The position numbers and the translations under genes were made by a program. 64,000 nt of DNA from a virus (Duplodnaviria > Caudoviricetes): positions 11,586 to 75,585 of IMG/VR virus record IMGVR_UViG_3300028832_000128; one strand, 5' to 3'. How positions within the stretch are numbered: the stretch's first letter is position 1; the number at the start of each line of letters is the position of its first letter. The notes below the pieces were generated by a model. That model saw only the letters and a program-made list of their open reading frames with translations. It did no database searches and was not told the DNA's origin. This document shows, in pieces, positions 15,865 to 25,650 of the stretch.

Positions 15865-16118
15865 AAAAAATTCTATTATGCTGTTTGTTTTTGATGATAC
15901 CAGCGTTATGTTTGGCGGATCAATATGTAAATGGTTATTATCGTAAAGATGGAACTTATGTAAATGGTTATTATAGGTCGTCTCCAAATAACACGTCAAG
16001 AGATAATTACTCTTATAAAGATAACTATAATCCCTATACAGGAGAAACAGGATCGAATTATTACAGAAACGACAGAACATCAGAATATTACAACGGTTAC
16101 GGTCAAGATAGAAGATAA
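15861..16118 (+). CDS. Small secreted Tyr/Asn-rich protein
   Basis: Signal peptide, YVNGYYR x2, NYNPYTGETG. Confidence 0.75.
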   Translation: MKKILLCCLFLMIPALCLADQYVNGYYRKDGTYVNGYYRSSPNNTSRDNYSYKDNYNPYTGETGSNYYRNDRTSEYYNGYGQDRR

Positions 16119-16120
16119 AA

Positions 16121-16324
16121 ATGCGAACAACAATAATTATTATTTTGGCTTTTGTTATAGGTTTTCTTGTCGGTCAAGCAACACATATCTATACTTTTAA
16201 CAACAGGGGAGATATTAGATTAAATACTATAACCGGAGATATTACAACTGTAGGAGATCTTCTAAGATCGAACTCTAAAAATAATAATCGATTAAATTTA
16301 TCCGGATTAAATTTGGAAAAATAA
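16121..16324 (+). CDS. Small membrane/exported protein ending in LNLSGLNLEK
   Basis: N-terminal hydrophobic helix; 2-nt gaps to both neighbours. Confidence 0.7.
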   Translation: MRTTIIIILAFVIGFLVGQATHIYTFNNRGDIRLNTITGDITTVGDLLRSNSKNNNRLNLSGLNLEK

Positions 16325-16326
16325 CA

Positions 16327-17430
16327 ATGCAAGAATTAGAAGAAAGAAACGGTAAATTCAGTTTTAGATACTTCGATGTTGACGGTCATTTTCGTCGTCA
16401 TACTTGCGTTAGTTTATTAAAAAGAGAAGCCGAGCTTGAGCAGGCACAATTTTTATTGGATCTAAAAAAATCAAAAGCAGATTATAACGGTAAATATAAT
16501 ATCGATTCTCTTTTATGGTCTCATTTTTGTCAACTTTATTACAACAATTATGTAATACCGAACGAAATCGAACCATCAGCGGTTAAAACAGTAATAAAAC
16601 AAATCGATGAAATTTTACATATAAAATATTTAAAAGAATTAGATAACGAAAATATAAATCGTTTTATTGCGGAACGCAGAAAAACAGTTGTTTCGTCCAC
16701 AACAAACAGACAACTACATGTAATTAAAAGCATGTGGACCTACGCTATTAATACTTTGGAGTTAAATATAAAAAGCCCGGCAAAACCTATAAAAGACGCT
16801 CCTGTAGAATTAATTAAAAATATAGAATTTTTTACAAACGATGAAAGAAAAAAAATATTAAACCAAATTCAACCGGCTCATATTAAAACAATATGCTGGC
16901 TTATGTTTAGTTTTGCTTTAAGAATTAAAGAAGCTGTGTCGGTTCAATGGCAGGATATTAATTTTAAAACAGGTAAAATTTTTATATATCCGTTCAAAAC
17001 AAAACGCACGGATCCAAACAGAATATCGCTTACCATGCCAACCGATTTTATTGCTTATATAAAAAAATTACCACGTAAATCAGATTTTATATGCGGTAAA
17101 GATTATACAAGCAAAAATGCACGCTCGGTTATTTCAAAACAAATAAAAAAACGATTTATAGAGATTATAGGCAAAGGCAGGTCTCACATGTGCAGACACA
17201 CTTTTGTCAGTCATGCAATAAATAATCCGGAAATAAAAGATAGGGATATAATGAAAGTAGCAAGGATAAAAAATCCTAAAGTATTAGAGATTTATGCTCA
17301 CTACACAAAGGAAAGAGAACAAACCATAGCAAATAATATATACAACATACATCAAATCACGCCTCAGGAAATCGATAAAAAGATAAAAGAATTGCTTGAA
17401 TTAAAGAGTAAATTAACCAAATCTAAATAA
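16327..17430 (+). CDS. int: Tyrosine integrase
   Basis: R (ALRIKE), HxxR (HMCRHTF) and Y (IYAHY) catalytic motifs; adjacent att site. Confidence 0.92.
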   Translation: MQELEERNGKFSFRYFDVDGHFRRHTCVSLLKREAELEQAQFLLDLKKSKADYNGKYNIDSLLWSHFCQLYYNNYVIPNEIEPSAVKTVIKQIDEILHIKYLKELDNENINRFIAERRKTVVSSTTNRQLHVIKSMWTYAINTLELNIKSPAKPIKDAPVELIKNIEFFTNDERKKILNQIQPAHIKTICWLMFSFALRIKEAVSVQWQDINFKTGKIFIYPFKTKRTDPNRISLTMPTDFIAYIKKLPRKSDFICGKDYTSKNARSVISKQIKKRFIEIIGKGRSHMCRHTFVSHAINNPEIKDRDIMKVARIKNPKVLEIYAHYTKEREQTIANNIYNIHQITPQEIDKKIKELLELKSKLTKSK

Positions 17431-17431
17431 T

Positions 17432-17632
17432 AAATTTACCCAAATTTTACCCATATAGACGAGAGATATTACCTTGAGAGGGCGATGTCCTAAACCGCTA
17501 GACGATGGCAGCAGTTCCACTCTTTTAATACTGTTTTACACGACTTTTTATTGATTTTTGAATAAATTTCAACCTTTTTCAACCTTTCCAAACCTTTCCA
17601 AAACGTTATAAAATTTACCCAAATTTTACCCA
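17432..17632. other. attP-form attachment site
   Basis: aaatttacccaaattttaccca at 17432 and 17611 flank the tRNA-derived core; three 10-bp aacctttYYM repeats at 17571-17600 (possible Xis sites). Confidence 0.75.
17472..17512 (-). pseudogene. 5' half of tRNA-Glu(CUC), att core
   Basis: GCTGCCATCGTCTAGCGGTTTAGGACATCGCCCTCTCAAGG; similarity stops 2 nt after the anticodon loop; no T-arm. Confidence 0.85.
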
Positions 17633-17662
17633 AATTAAATATCTTTAACTACCACAAAAAAT

Positions 17663-17691
17663 ATTATACACAAAAAAAAGACTATTGTAAA
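17663..17691 (-). promoter_or_regulatory. Promoter pointing at the tRNA half
   Basis: TTTACA-17 bp-TATAAT overlapping the terminator. Confidence 0.6.
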
Positions 17692-17710
17692 ACAAACAAT
17701 AGTCTTTTTT
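17672..17710. terminator. Bidirectional terminator at the end of the late operon
   Basis: aaaaaagactattgt/acaatagtctttttt. Confidence 0.8.
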
Positions 17711-17724
17711 ATATTCTTTTGTTT

Positions 17725-20700
17725 TTAAGCGGCTTTTTTTACCGCTTTTTTATACTTGCGTAGCATATTTACAATTTCGTTTTCCATTTGTATTTTTGTT
17801 TTTTCATTATCCTTTTGCTGTTTAAAGGTTAATTTTTTTCTGCTATCCGTAGAATTTTTAACAAACTTATTATACGCCGTTATTTTCTTGCTAATACCTT
17901 TTATATACGGAGAATGTAACCTTAAATAATTCAGCTCTTCAGATGTCAATTTTCTCAAACCTTCTTTATAAGATTTTTCCAAAGCCTCAAACCTTTCTCT
18001 TTCGTCATAAAATTGTTGCATTTCTCGCCCGTAAATAAAATAACTTTCTTGTAGCCACGGTATAACAGATTTTCTAAATGCCTTTTCTTTTTCCGAAACA
18101 TTACCGGTAACAAAATCGGCAAGGTCTGTTTGTGTTTTACCTGACAATTTATCAAAAATAAATTCAGCACCTTTTTCAAGAATACTCCCAACTTGCCCCG
18201 CTACATTATAAATATAATAATCTATTTTAATCGGAGCAATATTAAATTGCTTACCTAAAAACTTTGCAATGTTACTTGTTTTTTCGTCATACTGTAATGC
18301 TTTTTCTCTCTTTTGCAAATACTTCGGAACAATATCTTGCAACGTCGGATAAGTCTTTTTCCCGCCGCCAAGCATTAATCCTATTTTTACTATCTGCGGA
18401 AAATTTCTATACATCAATTGTTCCCATCCTGAATTATCTTTTTCAATTAAGGTTTTAAGTAAAGGAACAACAACGTTAAAATTATCCGGAATAACTCCGC
18501 CTGTTAAAGTTTCTGCGTATTCGCTCAATTTGTAATCATACTCGTTTTTAATTTCGTCATGAATCATTGCAGCTATAACAGCAGGAAAAGAATACAATTG
18601 CTCCCATGGCAACCTTAACAAATCCGTATTATTTAATCCAAACGGCAGATAAGCAAATCTCAAAAACTGAGCAGGATTTAACTGTTCTTTTAGATTTTTT
18701 CTTGTTTCATCCTTAATATTATCCCACCACAACGAAACAACAAACTGAAATATACCATAACCTATCATGGCAAACAATGTTTTTAAGAATTTATTTTTTT
18801 CTTTGTATTCATAAACACCTTTATTGTTTTGTTGTAAATTAACAACTTTACGTCTTTCTAATAAATTATTTCCTTTTGTTGTAAGCAAACTTCTTACACC
18901 TTGTCTTATTACCTGAAGAGAAGCGTTCATATATGGAACCGACCTTAATAAAGATCTGCCGAATCCGCCACCCCATAAACCTCTATCGCCAAACGGGACC
19001 GAAACTTCGTCAGCCATTCTTTTAGCCGTAATAATATCAAAGCCCGCCGCTCTTGCTTTTACATACTCCGTTCTTCTTGTAACAACTTCAGACAGATTCG
19101 GTAAAAACGATAATACTTTTCTTGCTCCGCCGAAAATTTTACTTAAAGTATTTGTTTTAAACGCTTCTGCTAAATCGTCCGGATTAACTTCATCCAAACT
19201 TGTAATAAGAGCTTTGTTATCTCCAAACAACTCGTTATATTCGTCATAATACTGTTTTAATTCAGGATTTTGTCTACATTTCACATAACTCATTAAAGGA
19301 GAAAAAAACGGAACATATCCCATATCAGAATTAACAGCTGCCGTTATCTGATCTCTTGCAAAGTTAGTTGTTGCAAAAACAGGATTTTCCGCTGTAGTCA
19401 TTAATGTAAAAAACTTTGCAGGAGCAACCATCAATTTTTCTATTAAGCTCATTTGATAATTATCAATCAAACTATCCCAAACCTTTTTAACAAACGGATC
19501 CATTTCTAAAGTTTGTTTAATATCTTTACCAGTTTGTCTGTTAGTTCCGACTACAACGAGCTTACTGTTATTTTTTTCGTCTCCTTTTGTATAAGGAACC
19601 TTTTGCATAAGGTCCGGATATAACTCGGCAATTTCGCCCATTCTGTTAGCTATCAACTGTTTATAACTTTTCTTATATGCTTCTTTCATTAGTTGTATCG
19701 AAGAGTATAACGGAGAAAGAATAGGCAACTCGCTACCTTCAATCTTTTTTAAGTTTTTAATATTCCAGTTCGAAGATACTATTTTTGGAATAACGTCGTT
19801 TTTTGCTCCGATTTTTTCAACAAACTCTTTACCATCCCCGGTAAGCTCATTATAAGCTACTCTGTTAAACGGAGCATAACCGTAATTAGCAACAAGCTCG
19901 TTATACATATCTTTATCAATTAACTTTGCTGTTCTTAATACGGTTAAATTACACTTCATTAAAAAGTCATATTTTTTTGCAAGTTCTCTGTTTTGTGTAT
20001 TATCTAAAAACTTATACGCCTCTTTAATTTTTTCTTCATTCTTTCCGCTTTTAGCAAGAATACTTTGCAACTCTTGCAACTTTGCACCGTCTTGTTCAAT
20101 CTTTTTTGTAAGTTTGTCAATTTCTCTTTTTAAATCTTGTTCCAATTGAAACGTTGTTTTTTGATCGTGTATGTTATAAAAATCCTGCTCTTTAATTTTT
20201 TTGCTTACTTCGTCATATCTTTTTTGCAGCTTCTTCAAATTGTTTCCACTAATCACAAGCCCGTTTGCAAGTTTATCTCGCATATCATACCAAGCCACAA
20301 AACGCCTTGCTACTAAATATCCGTTAAACTCACTTTGTGCTTTTTGCACATCTTCAATTAATGTTCTCCAATTAACAGTATCACTCACTTTTACCGGATT
20401 GCCGTGATTATCAATTATATACATCTTACCTTTTTTGTTGGTTAAATTGTTTTCTAATATACCTTTTAAAACGGTTCTATATCCTTTTGCTGTTAAATAC
20501 AAATCCTTGTCCAGCATTTTTAATACGGCTTCACTATCAAATAATTGACTATCGATTCTTACCCCAAGCGGAATTTTTGTTTTATCTTTTACTTTTTGAG
20601 CTTTATCATATATCTCGGTTGTAAGTTGTTCTACAGGATTTAAACTTTCATAATCAACAACAATTTGTCTTGCGTCATTTCTAAAAGATTGTAAAGTATC

Positions 20701-23700
20701 GTTACCCATAGCCCACTTATAAGCGTTAGGATATAAATTTTCTATCATATCCGGATTAATTATCGAATGTTGGATTATTGTAGCAAGTCCTTCAGCCAAT
20801 CTGTTTTTTACACTTTGTTTTGAAATATCTACAGGATATAAGTCTTTACATGCTTTCAATATTTCTGCAGCTGCTTTACCTTCAAAAGTGTTTATATCAG
20901 GCACAAAGGTCGTAAACGCTCTTTTGCCTTTATATGTTGTATTTGCTGTAAATCCTTTATCGTAAAGGTCTGTAATAATTTGTTGTTGGTCGTCAATAGC
21001 GTGCACAAGCTCATGAGCAACCACATCTACATTAAGTAAACTGTTTAAATAAATATTGCCTTTTCTGCTACCGTAATTATAATACACTCCCAAAGTATTT
21101 TTAGGTCTGTATTTGCTTTCGGCAATATTGCTTACCATATACTTTTTAGCCAAATCGTAAGTTCTTTGATACAATTTAAAATCTTTTTCTTTTGGTGTTT
21201 CGTTATTTTTTATTTTTACATCGGTTTTAAGTGCGGAACTATAAGCGGCTCTGCCTTTACCGCCTAAGGATAAATTTACAGAACCGTTTTCTTTTTCAAT
21301 TTCTTTTTTTACTTCGTCTGCTTTGTTTTTAATCGATTTAAGATTTTTGAATTTAGATAAATATTTTGCCTGTTCACTGGTAAATTCTCTTGCGGTATTT
21401 GCAAGGTTTTCTTGTTGAAAGAATTTGTCTATAAGAAGATTACCGAGCTTATTTTCAAGTTCGGTTAAAGTGTCGGCGGTTACTCTTCCCCGTAAAACTT
21501 CGCTCCCTGTGATTTCTCCAACGCTTTCCACTCTTCCATTTCTTTGTCCATCTCCATCGATTCTTGCGGTGTTATCAGCCTGTTCGGCTTGCTGGATAAG
21601 CTGTCGAGCTTGGAGCTCTGTAAGCTCTTCTGAGGATTCTGCGATATTGTTTTTTCTGACATAATCATCCACTGCCCCCTTACTAAACTTATTATACAAT
21701 ATTTTTGCGTTTTTGTCATCCCCTATATTTGCTCCGCCTTGTCCTGCTCCTAAACAACTCGTTGCTACAACGGTTCCGCCGTTTCTTTCAATATATTTTC
21801 TTAGCTCGTTTATATTTGCTCCCATTGTAAATATATCGTCCACTAAAATATATTGTAAATTAGGCACCACTTCGCCGCTAAACATTGCCTTGTCTACTAT
21901 TCTATACATCGCTCCCGAACCGGTATGATAAGTTTTGTTTATTTGTTTAATCTTATCGTATAATTTTAATCCTGTAATTCGTCTAATTTTACCGGCATAA
22001 GCTAAAGGAATTTTGTTTTTACCTGCTTTTTCTATGGACCATAACGGCACAATTACAGCATTAGGATATTTTTCTTTTAATGCTTTTAATTGTTCGATTT
22101 TGCCTTGTATATTTTTTGCTACACTTGCACTTTTGCCGTTAGTATCAAATATTTTGTCCACTAATTCGTAAGCACTTTTTAAATCTCCTGCTTTAGCTTT
22201 TTTATGTAAATCACTATATTTTATTACATTAGGCGTAATCGTTATTTGCACGGAATCAACAGGTTTTGTTATAGGGCAATTTATTTTTTGTAACGTATCA
22301 TTTTGTATTACACTGTCTTCGATGTTTTTTGTTGCCTTTATTTGTTCGTTGTTTGTTTTTCCGTCAACGGCAAGCCCTAAATCTTCATATTTGCCTACAA
22401 TTCTGTCGATACTTTCAAGTTCTTCCCAAATACTTGCGTTGTCGTTGCCTGTTGCTTCTTGCAAAGTATGCTCGGCTTGATCCCACGTATAACCTTTATT
22501 ATTTATAATACCATCTTTTTCGTCATAAAAAAATTCTCTTCTTATTCTCGGACTTAAATGTTCATACTCTCCATAATTTGGATCGCCCTTTTTAGGTCTT
22601 ACAATTCTACCGATACCCATATCTTTTAATCTTTGTTTTTCGCTTTTAATTGTAGGTATAGCTCCATCTTGTTTTAACTCTTCGATAATCATTTGTTCGT
22701 ATTCTTCTTTTGCTCTTGCCTCATCTTCCAATTGTTTGGCATAATTCTCATCCCACTCGGCAGGATTAAACGATGTATCGATATTACTATCGTCATTAAT
22801 AATACTGTCTGTTTGTTCTGTTTCTATGTTTTCAATAGGTTGTTCAATAACTTGCGGATAATTTGTTGACACATCCACCAACACATTATTCGGACTTATA
22901 TAATTTATACCGTTTCCGTAAGTAATAAACCCTAACAATCCGTTCTTTTCTCCTATATATATTCCGTAACTCGAATTATTTATTTTATAAATATTTCCTT
23001 TTACAGGTTCGAACTCTTTATTGTTTATATTGCTCGGCAAATTCTTCGATGTTTCTTCTGTAGGATTTTCAATTACATTTGCTAATCTTTGTCTTATAAT
23101 ACTTGCTTCTGTATTTTTTACTTGCTTTGTTATGTTTTCCAAAGTATCGTTATATTTAATGTTTACATCTGAATTAACCTTAACAATGTTTTTACCTGTT
23201 TCAATTCGCCCCGGTTCAATGTTTACATCTGTATTAATCGGTTTTTCTGCTTGCGGAATTTTTGCCATTTTGGTTTTGATATTTATTGCTACAGCGTCAT
23301 CCGGGCTTATATTTTTAGCTGCTTTATCTATAGCGGTTTTAAACTGTTTTTCCTGCTCCGGACTTACTTTGTAGCCTGCTTTCTTCAATTTGTCAATTGT
23401 GTTATTTGCTGCGTCAGATAACAAAGTTTTTTTAAACTTGTTTACACCAGCACCTATAACAGCGGTATCTCCTACAGCTTCCAATAAGCTCGCTCCGAGT
23501 TTTATGTATTCGTTAGTATCTTCAGGTAACGTTTCAGCCAACATTCTTATTTGCATAGGAGAATATTTTTCGCCTTTAGCTTTTGTTACTATCAAATTTT
23601 TTAACTGTTGCAACCCCGCAAACCCTGCCAAGGCAGTTACAGGCATTGCACCGGTTAAAGCAAGTGTAGGCAATTGTGCCGATAACACTGCAAAATCTTG

Positions 23701-24174
23701 TTTATCTTTTAATTTTTTTAACTCTTCGATGTTTTTAACACTGCCACCGGCAGAGGCGACAGCTATTTTATTTCCTAAAATATCAAAACTATCAGGCTCA
23801 TAAATTGTTTTAGCTTTATCGTCTTCGGCTGTTCTTGCTCTTAAAATAGGCTCTGTATTGTTATATTCTTTTACCATAGAACTGTTTGCGATATTTTTAA
23901 TAACATTAACAGGATTAACCGTATTTTTAATTGTATCTGTAACGGTATCGATATTTTTTGCAGCATTAACCGCAGGGCTTATAACTTTATTTACTCCGTC
24001 ATACAACTTACTGCCTGCAGCTTCTAATATATCGGTAACGGATTTTTTATCTTTTTCTAAACCAAGCCCGGATAAATCCATTTCGCTTTTATCTTCTTTC
24101 TCTAAGTTTAATCCGCTCAAATCTATTTTGTTTTTATCTTCTTTTTCTAAGTTTAATCCGCTCAAATCAAGCAT
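17725..24174 (-). CDS. Giant ejection/polyvalent protein, 2149 aa (PRTase-like domain, HExxH zincin-like motif, LPD-like C-terminus)
   Basis: ILVDDIFTMGA PRPP-loop motif; HELVH...E; last gene of the podovirus ejection cluster. Confidence 0.7.
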   Translation of the reverse strand: MLDLSGLNLEKEDKNKIDLSGLNLEKEDKSEMDLSGLGLEKDKKSVTDILEAAGSKLYDGVNKVISPAVNAAKNIDTVTDTIKNTVNPVNVIKNIANSSMVKEYNNTEPILRARTAEDDKAKTIYEPDSFDILGNKIAVASAGGSVKNIEELKKLKDKQDFAVLSAQLPTLALTGAMPVTALAGFAGLQQLKNLIVTKAKGEKYSPMQIRMLAETLPEDTNEYIKLGASLLEAVGDTAVIGAGVNKFKKTLLSDAANNTIDKLKKAGYKVSPEQEKQFKTAIDKAAKNISPDDAVAINIKTKMAKIPQAEKPINTDVNIEPGRIETGKNIVKVNSDVNIKYNDTLENITKQVKNTEASIIRQRLANVIENPTEETSKNLPSNINNKEFEPVKGNIYKINNSSYGIYIGEKNGLLGFITYGNGINYISPNNVLVDVSTNYPQVIEQPIENIETEQTDSIINDDSNIDTSFNPAEWDENYAKQLEDEARAKEEYEQMIIEELKQDGAIPTIKSEKQRLKDMGIGRIVRPKKGDPNYGEYEHLSPRIRREFFYDEKDGIINNKGYTWDQAEHTLQEATGNDNASIWEELESIDRIVGKYEDLGLAVDGKTNNEQIKATKNIEDSVIQNDTLQKINCPITKPVDSVQITITPNVIKYSDLHKKAKAGDLKSAYELVDKIFDTNGKSASVAKNIQGKIEQLKALKEKYPNAVIVPLWSIEKAGKNKIPLAYAGKIRRITGLKLYDKIKQINKTYHTGSGAMYRIVDKAMFSGEVVPNLQYILVDDIFTMGANINELRKYIERNGGTVVATSCLGAGQGGANIGDDKNAKILYNKFSKGAVDDYVRKNNIAESSEELTELQARQLIQQAEQADNTARIDGDGQRNGRVESVGEITGSEVLRGRVTADTLTELENKLGNLLIDKFFQQENLANTAREFTSEQAKYLSKFKNLKSIKNKADEVKKEIEKENGSVNLSLGGKGRAAYSSALKTDVKIKNNETPKEKDFKLYQRTYDLAKKYMVSNIAESKYRPKNTLGVYYNYGSRKGNIYLNSLLNVDVVAHELVHAIDDQQQIITDLYDKGFTANTTYKGKRAFTTFVPDINTFEGKAAAEILKACKDLYPVDISKQSVKNRLAEGLATIIQHSIINPDMIENLYPNAYKWAMGNDTLQSFRNDARQIVVDYESLNPVEQLTTEIYDKAQKVKDKTKIPLGVRIDSQLFDSEAVLKMLDKDLYLTAKGYRTVLKGILENNLTNKKGKMYIIDNHGNPVKVSDTVNWRTLIEDVQKAQSEFNGYLVARRFVAWYDMRDKLANGLVISGNNLKKLQKRYDEVSKKIKEQDFYNIHDQKTTFQLEQDLKREIDKLTKKIEQDGAKLQELQSILAKSGKNEEKIKEAYKFLDNTQNRELAKKYDFLMKCNLTVLRTAKLIDKDMYNELVANYGYAPFNRVAYNELTGDGKEFVEKIGAKNDVIPKIVSSNWNIKNLKKIEGSELPILSPLYSSIQLMKEAYKKSYKQLIANRMGEIAELYPDLMQKVPYTKGDEKNNSKLVVVGTNRQTGKDIKQTLEMDPFVKKVWDSLIDNYQMSLIEKLMVAPAKFFTLMTTAENPVFATTNFARDQITAAVNSDMGYVPFFSPLMSYVKCRQNPELKQYYDEYNELFGDNKALITSLDEVNPDDLAEAFKTNTLSKIFGGARKVLSFLPNLSEVVTRRTEYVKARAAGFDIITAKRMADEVSVPFGDRGLWGGGFGRSLLRSVPYMNASLQVIRQGVRSLLTTKGNNLLERRKVVNLQQNNKGVYEYKEKNKFLKTLFAMIGYGIFQFVVSLWWDNIKDETRKNLKEQLNPAQFLRFAYLPFGLNNTDLLRLPWEQLYSFPAVIAAMIHDEIKNEYDYKLSEYAETLTGGVIPDNFNVVVPLLKTLIEKDNSGWEQLMYRNFPQIVKIGLMLGGGKKTYPTLQDIVPKYLQKREKALQYDEKTSNIAKFLGKQFNIAPIKIDYYIYNVAGQVGSILEKGAEFIFDKLSGKTQTDLADFVTGNVSEKEKAFRKSVIPWLQESYFIYGREMQQFYDERERFEALEKSYKEGLRKLTSEELNYLRLHSPYIKGISKKITAYNKFVKNSTDSRKKLTFKQQKDNEKTKIQMENEIVNMLRKYKKAVKKAA

Positions 24175-24184
24175 AATAAACCTC

Positions 24185-25117
24185 TTATTTGTTTTTCTTT
24201 AAAACCGCAATAACTTTATTTATATTGTCTTCGGTAACTTTATAACCTTGTGCTTTTAATTGTTCAATTGCTTTTTGTCTTAAATCGTCGTTGTTGTTTG
24301 TTGTTTGTTTTTTCTCTTTTTTATTTCCAAACATCCTGCTCCAAAATCCGCCATCGTCTTCTTTGGTTCCTGTAGAATCTTGTCTGTTTTTGATTATCGT
24401 ATTATATTTTTTCAATACATCGTCATACAATCCGCTTGCTCTTAAATAACCGTTAGCAATCGAATCTTCTACCATACCAACTAAAACATCTTCGTCGCTT
24501 TTATTTCCGTATGGATCGAACCCTTTTCGCCATTTATTCAATTGATTCATTGCTTCCTTAGGCGTTATTACCCCGGCGTTTTCCTGTCTTCTTTGGTTAG
24601 TAGTTAAAGAGGATAGTCCGGATAATAAATTATAAGGCACTCTTTGCCCTGCTTTATATTTTGTATTGTAAACAGTATTTAAAATTTTTGCGGTTTGGTC
24701 GTCTAAGCTAACCATATAGTTACTTCCGCTTGTTACATCTTCTTTCGGCACATATCTTAAACCGTTGTTTCTTAACCTGCCGAAATCGCTTATATCTATC
24801 TTGTCTATTCTCTGTTGACTTTCTTGAGGTGTAGCAACCGTTGTAAAACTTTTTTTTGCAACTGTTTGTTCAGGTATAACTGTTTGCTCTCCTGCTACAA
24901 GATTATTCTCGTATAAATCCGCATTACCTTTTAAAGCGTTAGTCATCATACTTGTTACTATAGCGTCTTTTAATTTCTGTTCATAGGTCTTATCCTGATA
25001 CGCTCTGTCGTCAGCAACATTATCTCTATTTAATTGATTTTGTATAAATAAATTTAACATACCCGATAAATTTCTAAATGCTTTTGCAAAACCTAACTCG
25101 TTTGCATAATTAGACAT
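24185..25117 (-). CDS. Putative ejection protein
   Basis: Position between pilot-like and giant genes; helical; homolog at 61565-62500. Confidence 0.55.
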   Translation of the reverse strand: MSNYANELGFAKAFRNLSGMLNLFIQNQLNRDNVADDRAYQDKTYEQKLKDAIVTSMMTNALKGNADLYENNLVAGEQTVIPEQTVAKKSFTTVATPQESQQRIDKIDISDFGRLRNNGLRYVPKEDVTSGSNYMVSLDDQTAKILNTVYNTKYKAGQRVPYNLLSGLSSLTTNQRRQENAGVITPKEAMNQLNKWRKGFDPYGNKSDEDVLVGMVEDSIANGYLRASGLYDDVLKKYNTIIKNRQDSTGTKEDDGGFWSRMFGNKKEKKQTTNNNDDLRQKAIEQLKAQGYKVTEDNINKVIAVLKKNK

Positions 25118-25150
25118 ATTGCTCCCCCTGTTTATTCTTTTATATTATCC

Positions 25151-25648
25151 TTAAGCATATTGTGCTAATAACTCTTTTTGCCTCATACCGGCTTGCTGTT
25201 GATTCAACCAATCGCTTAAATTAAACTGATCTCTTATGTTAGCTGCATTTAAAGCTGTAGCCACATTTTGATCGCTTAATGCAAGTCGTTGACTTGCTAA
25301 ATCATTATTAAGTTTTTGTGTTGCTGCAATCTGTCCGCCTACGGTTCCGCCTCTGTTTGCCATAACCGTAGCAATAGACGAAGCTCCCTCTGCAGCTGCT
25401 CGGTTTAACTGATCTTCTTGTCCTTTTGTCAATGTTCCACTACCGTAAGTCGAAATCAAATTATTAAAAAAATCTTCATAAGGACTTGTATAACCTTCGT
25501 ATCCGTAATCTTCTAAATATCCTCTTGCTCTTGCGTCTTTTTTATCCTGCCTGTTATTAGCGTTGCTTTGTGCCTTACCGCTAAACATACCGTCAAGAAA
25601 ACCGCTTAAAGTATTTGCTGCTACTAATGCTGCTACTGGTAAAGCCAT
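25151..25648 (-). CDS. Putative DNA pilot/ejection protein
   Basis: Hydrophobic Ala/Gly N-terminus and Ala/Gln-rich helices. Confidence 0.55.
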   Translation of the reverse strand: MALPVAALVAANTLSGFLDGMFSGKAQSNANNRQDKKDARARGYLEDYGYEGYTSPYEDFFNNLISTYGSGTLTKGQEDQLNRAAAEGASSIATVMANRGGTVGGQIAATQKLNNDLASQRLALSDQNVATALNAANIRDQFNLSDWLNQQQAGMRQKELLAQYA

Positions 25649-25650
25649 AA

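Larger units (their letters stand above)
1..17474. mobile_element. Temperate phage unit A (left-truncated): late genes, replication, immunity, integrase
   Basis: Capsid, endolysin, DnaB, O-like initiator, repressor and integrase genes end at a tRNA-fragment att site; boundary approximate. Confidence 0.9.
8239..17634. repeat. 9.4-kb apparently identical direct repeat, copy 1
   Basis: All ORF-track translations are identical to 45382-54777. Last visible mismatch on the left is 8238 a vs 45381 g; first on the right is 17635 t vs 54778 c. Not checked base by base. Confidence 0.9.

Noticed and set aside
17446-17454. att arm motif TTTACCCA resembles the b element TTACCCAT
   Set aside because: 7-8 nt AT-rich overlap with no accompanying a element; likely coincidence, though integrase binding at the leaders is not excluded
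17472-17512. Intact tRNA-Glu gene
   Set aside because: Stops 2 nt after the anticodon loop; no T-arm or 3' acceptor strand
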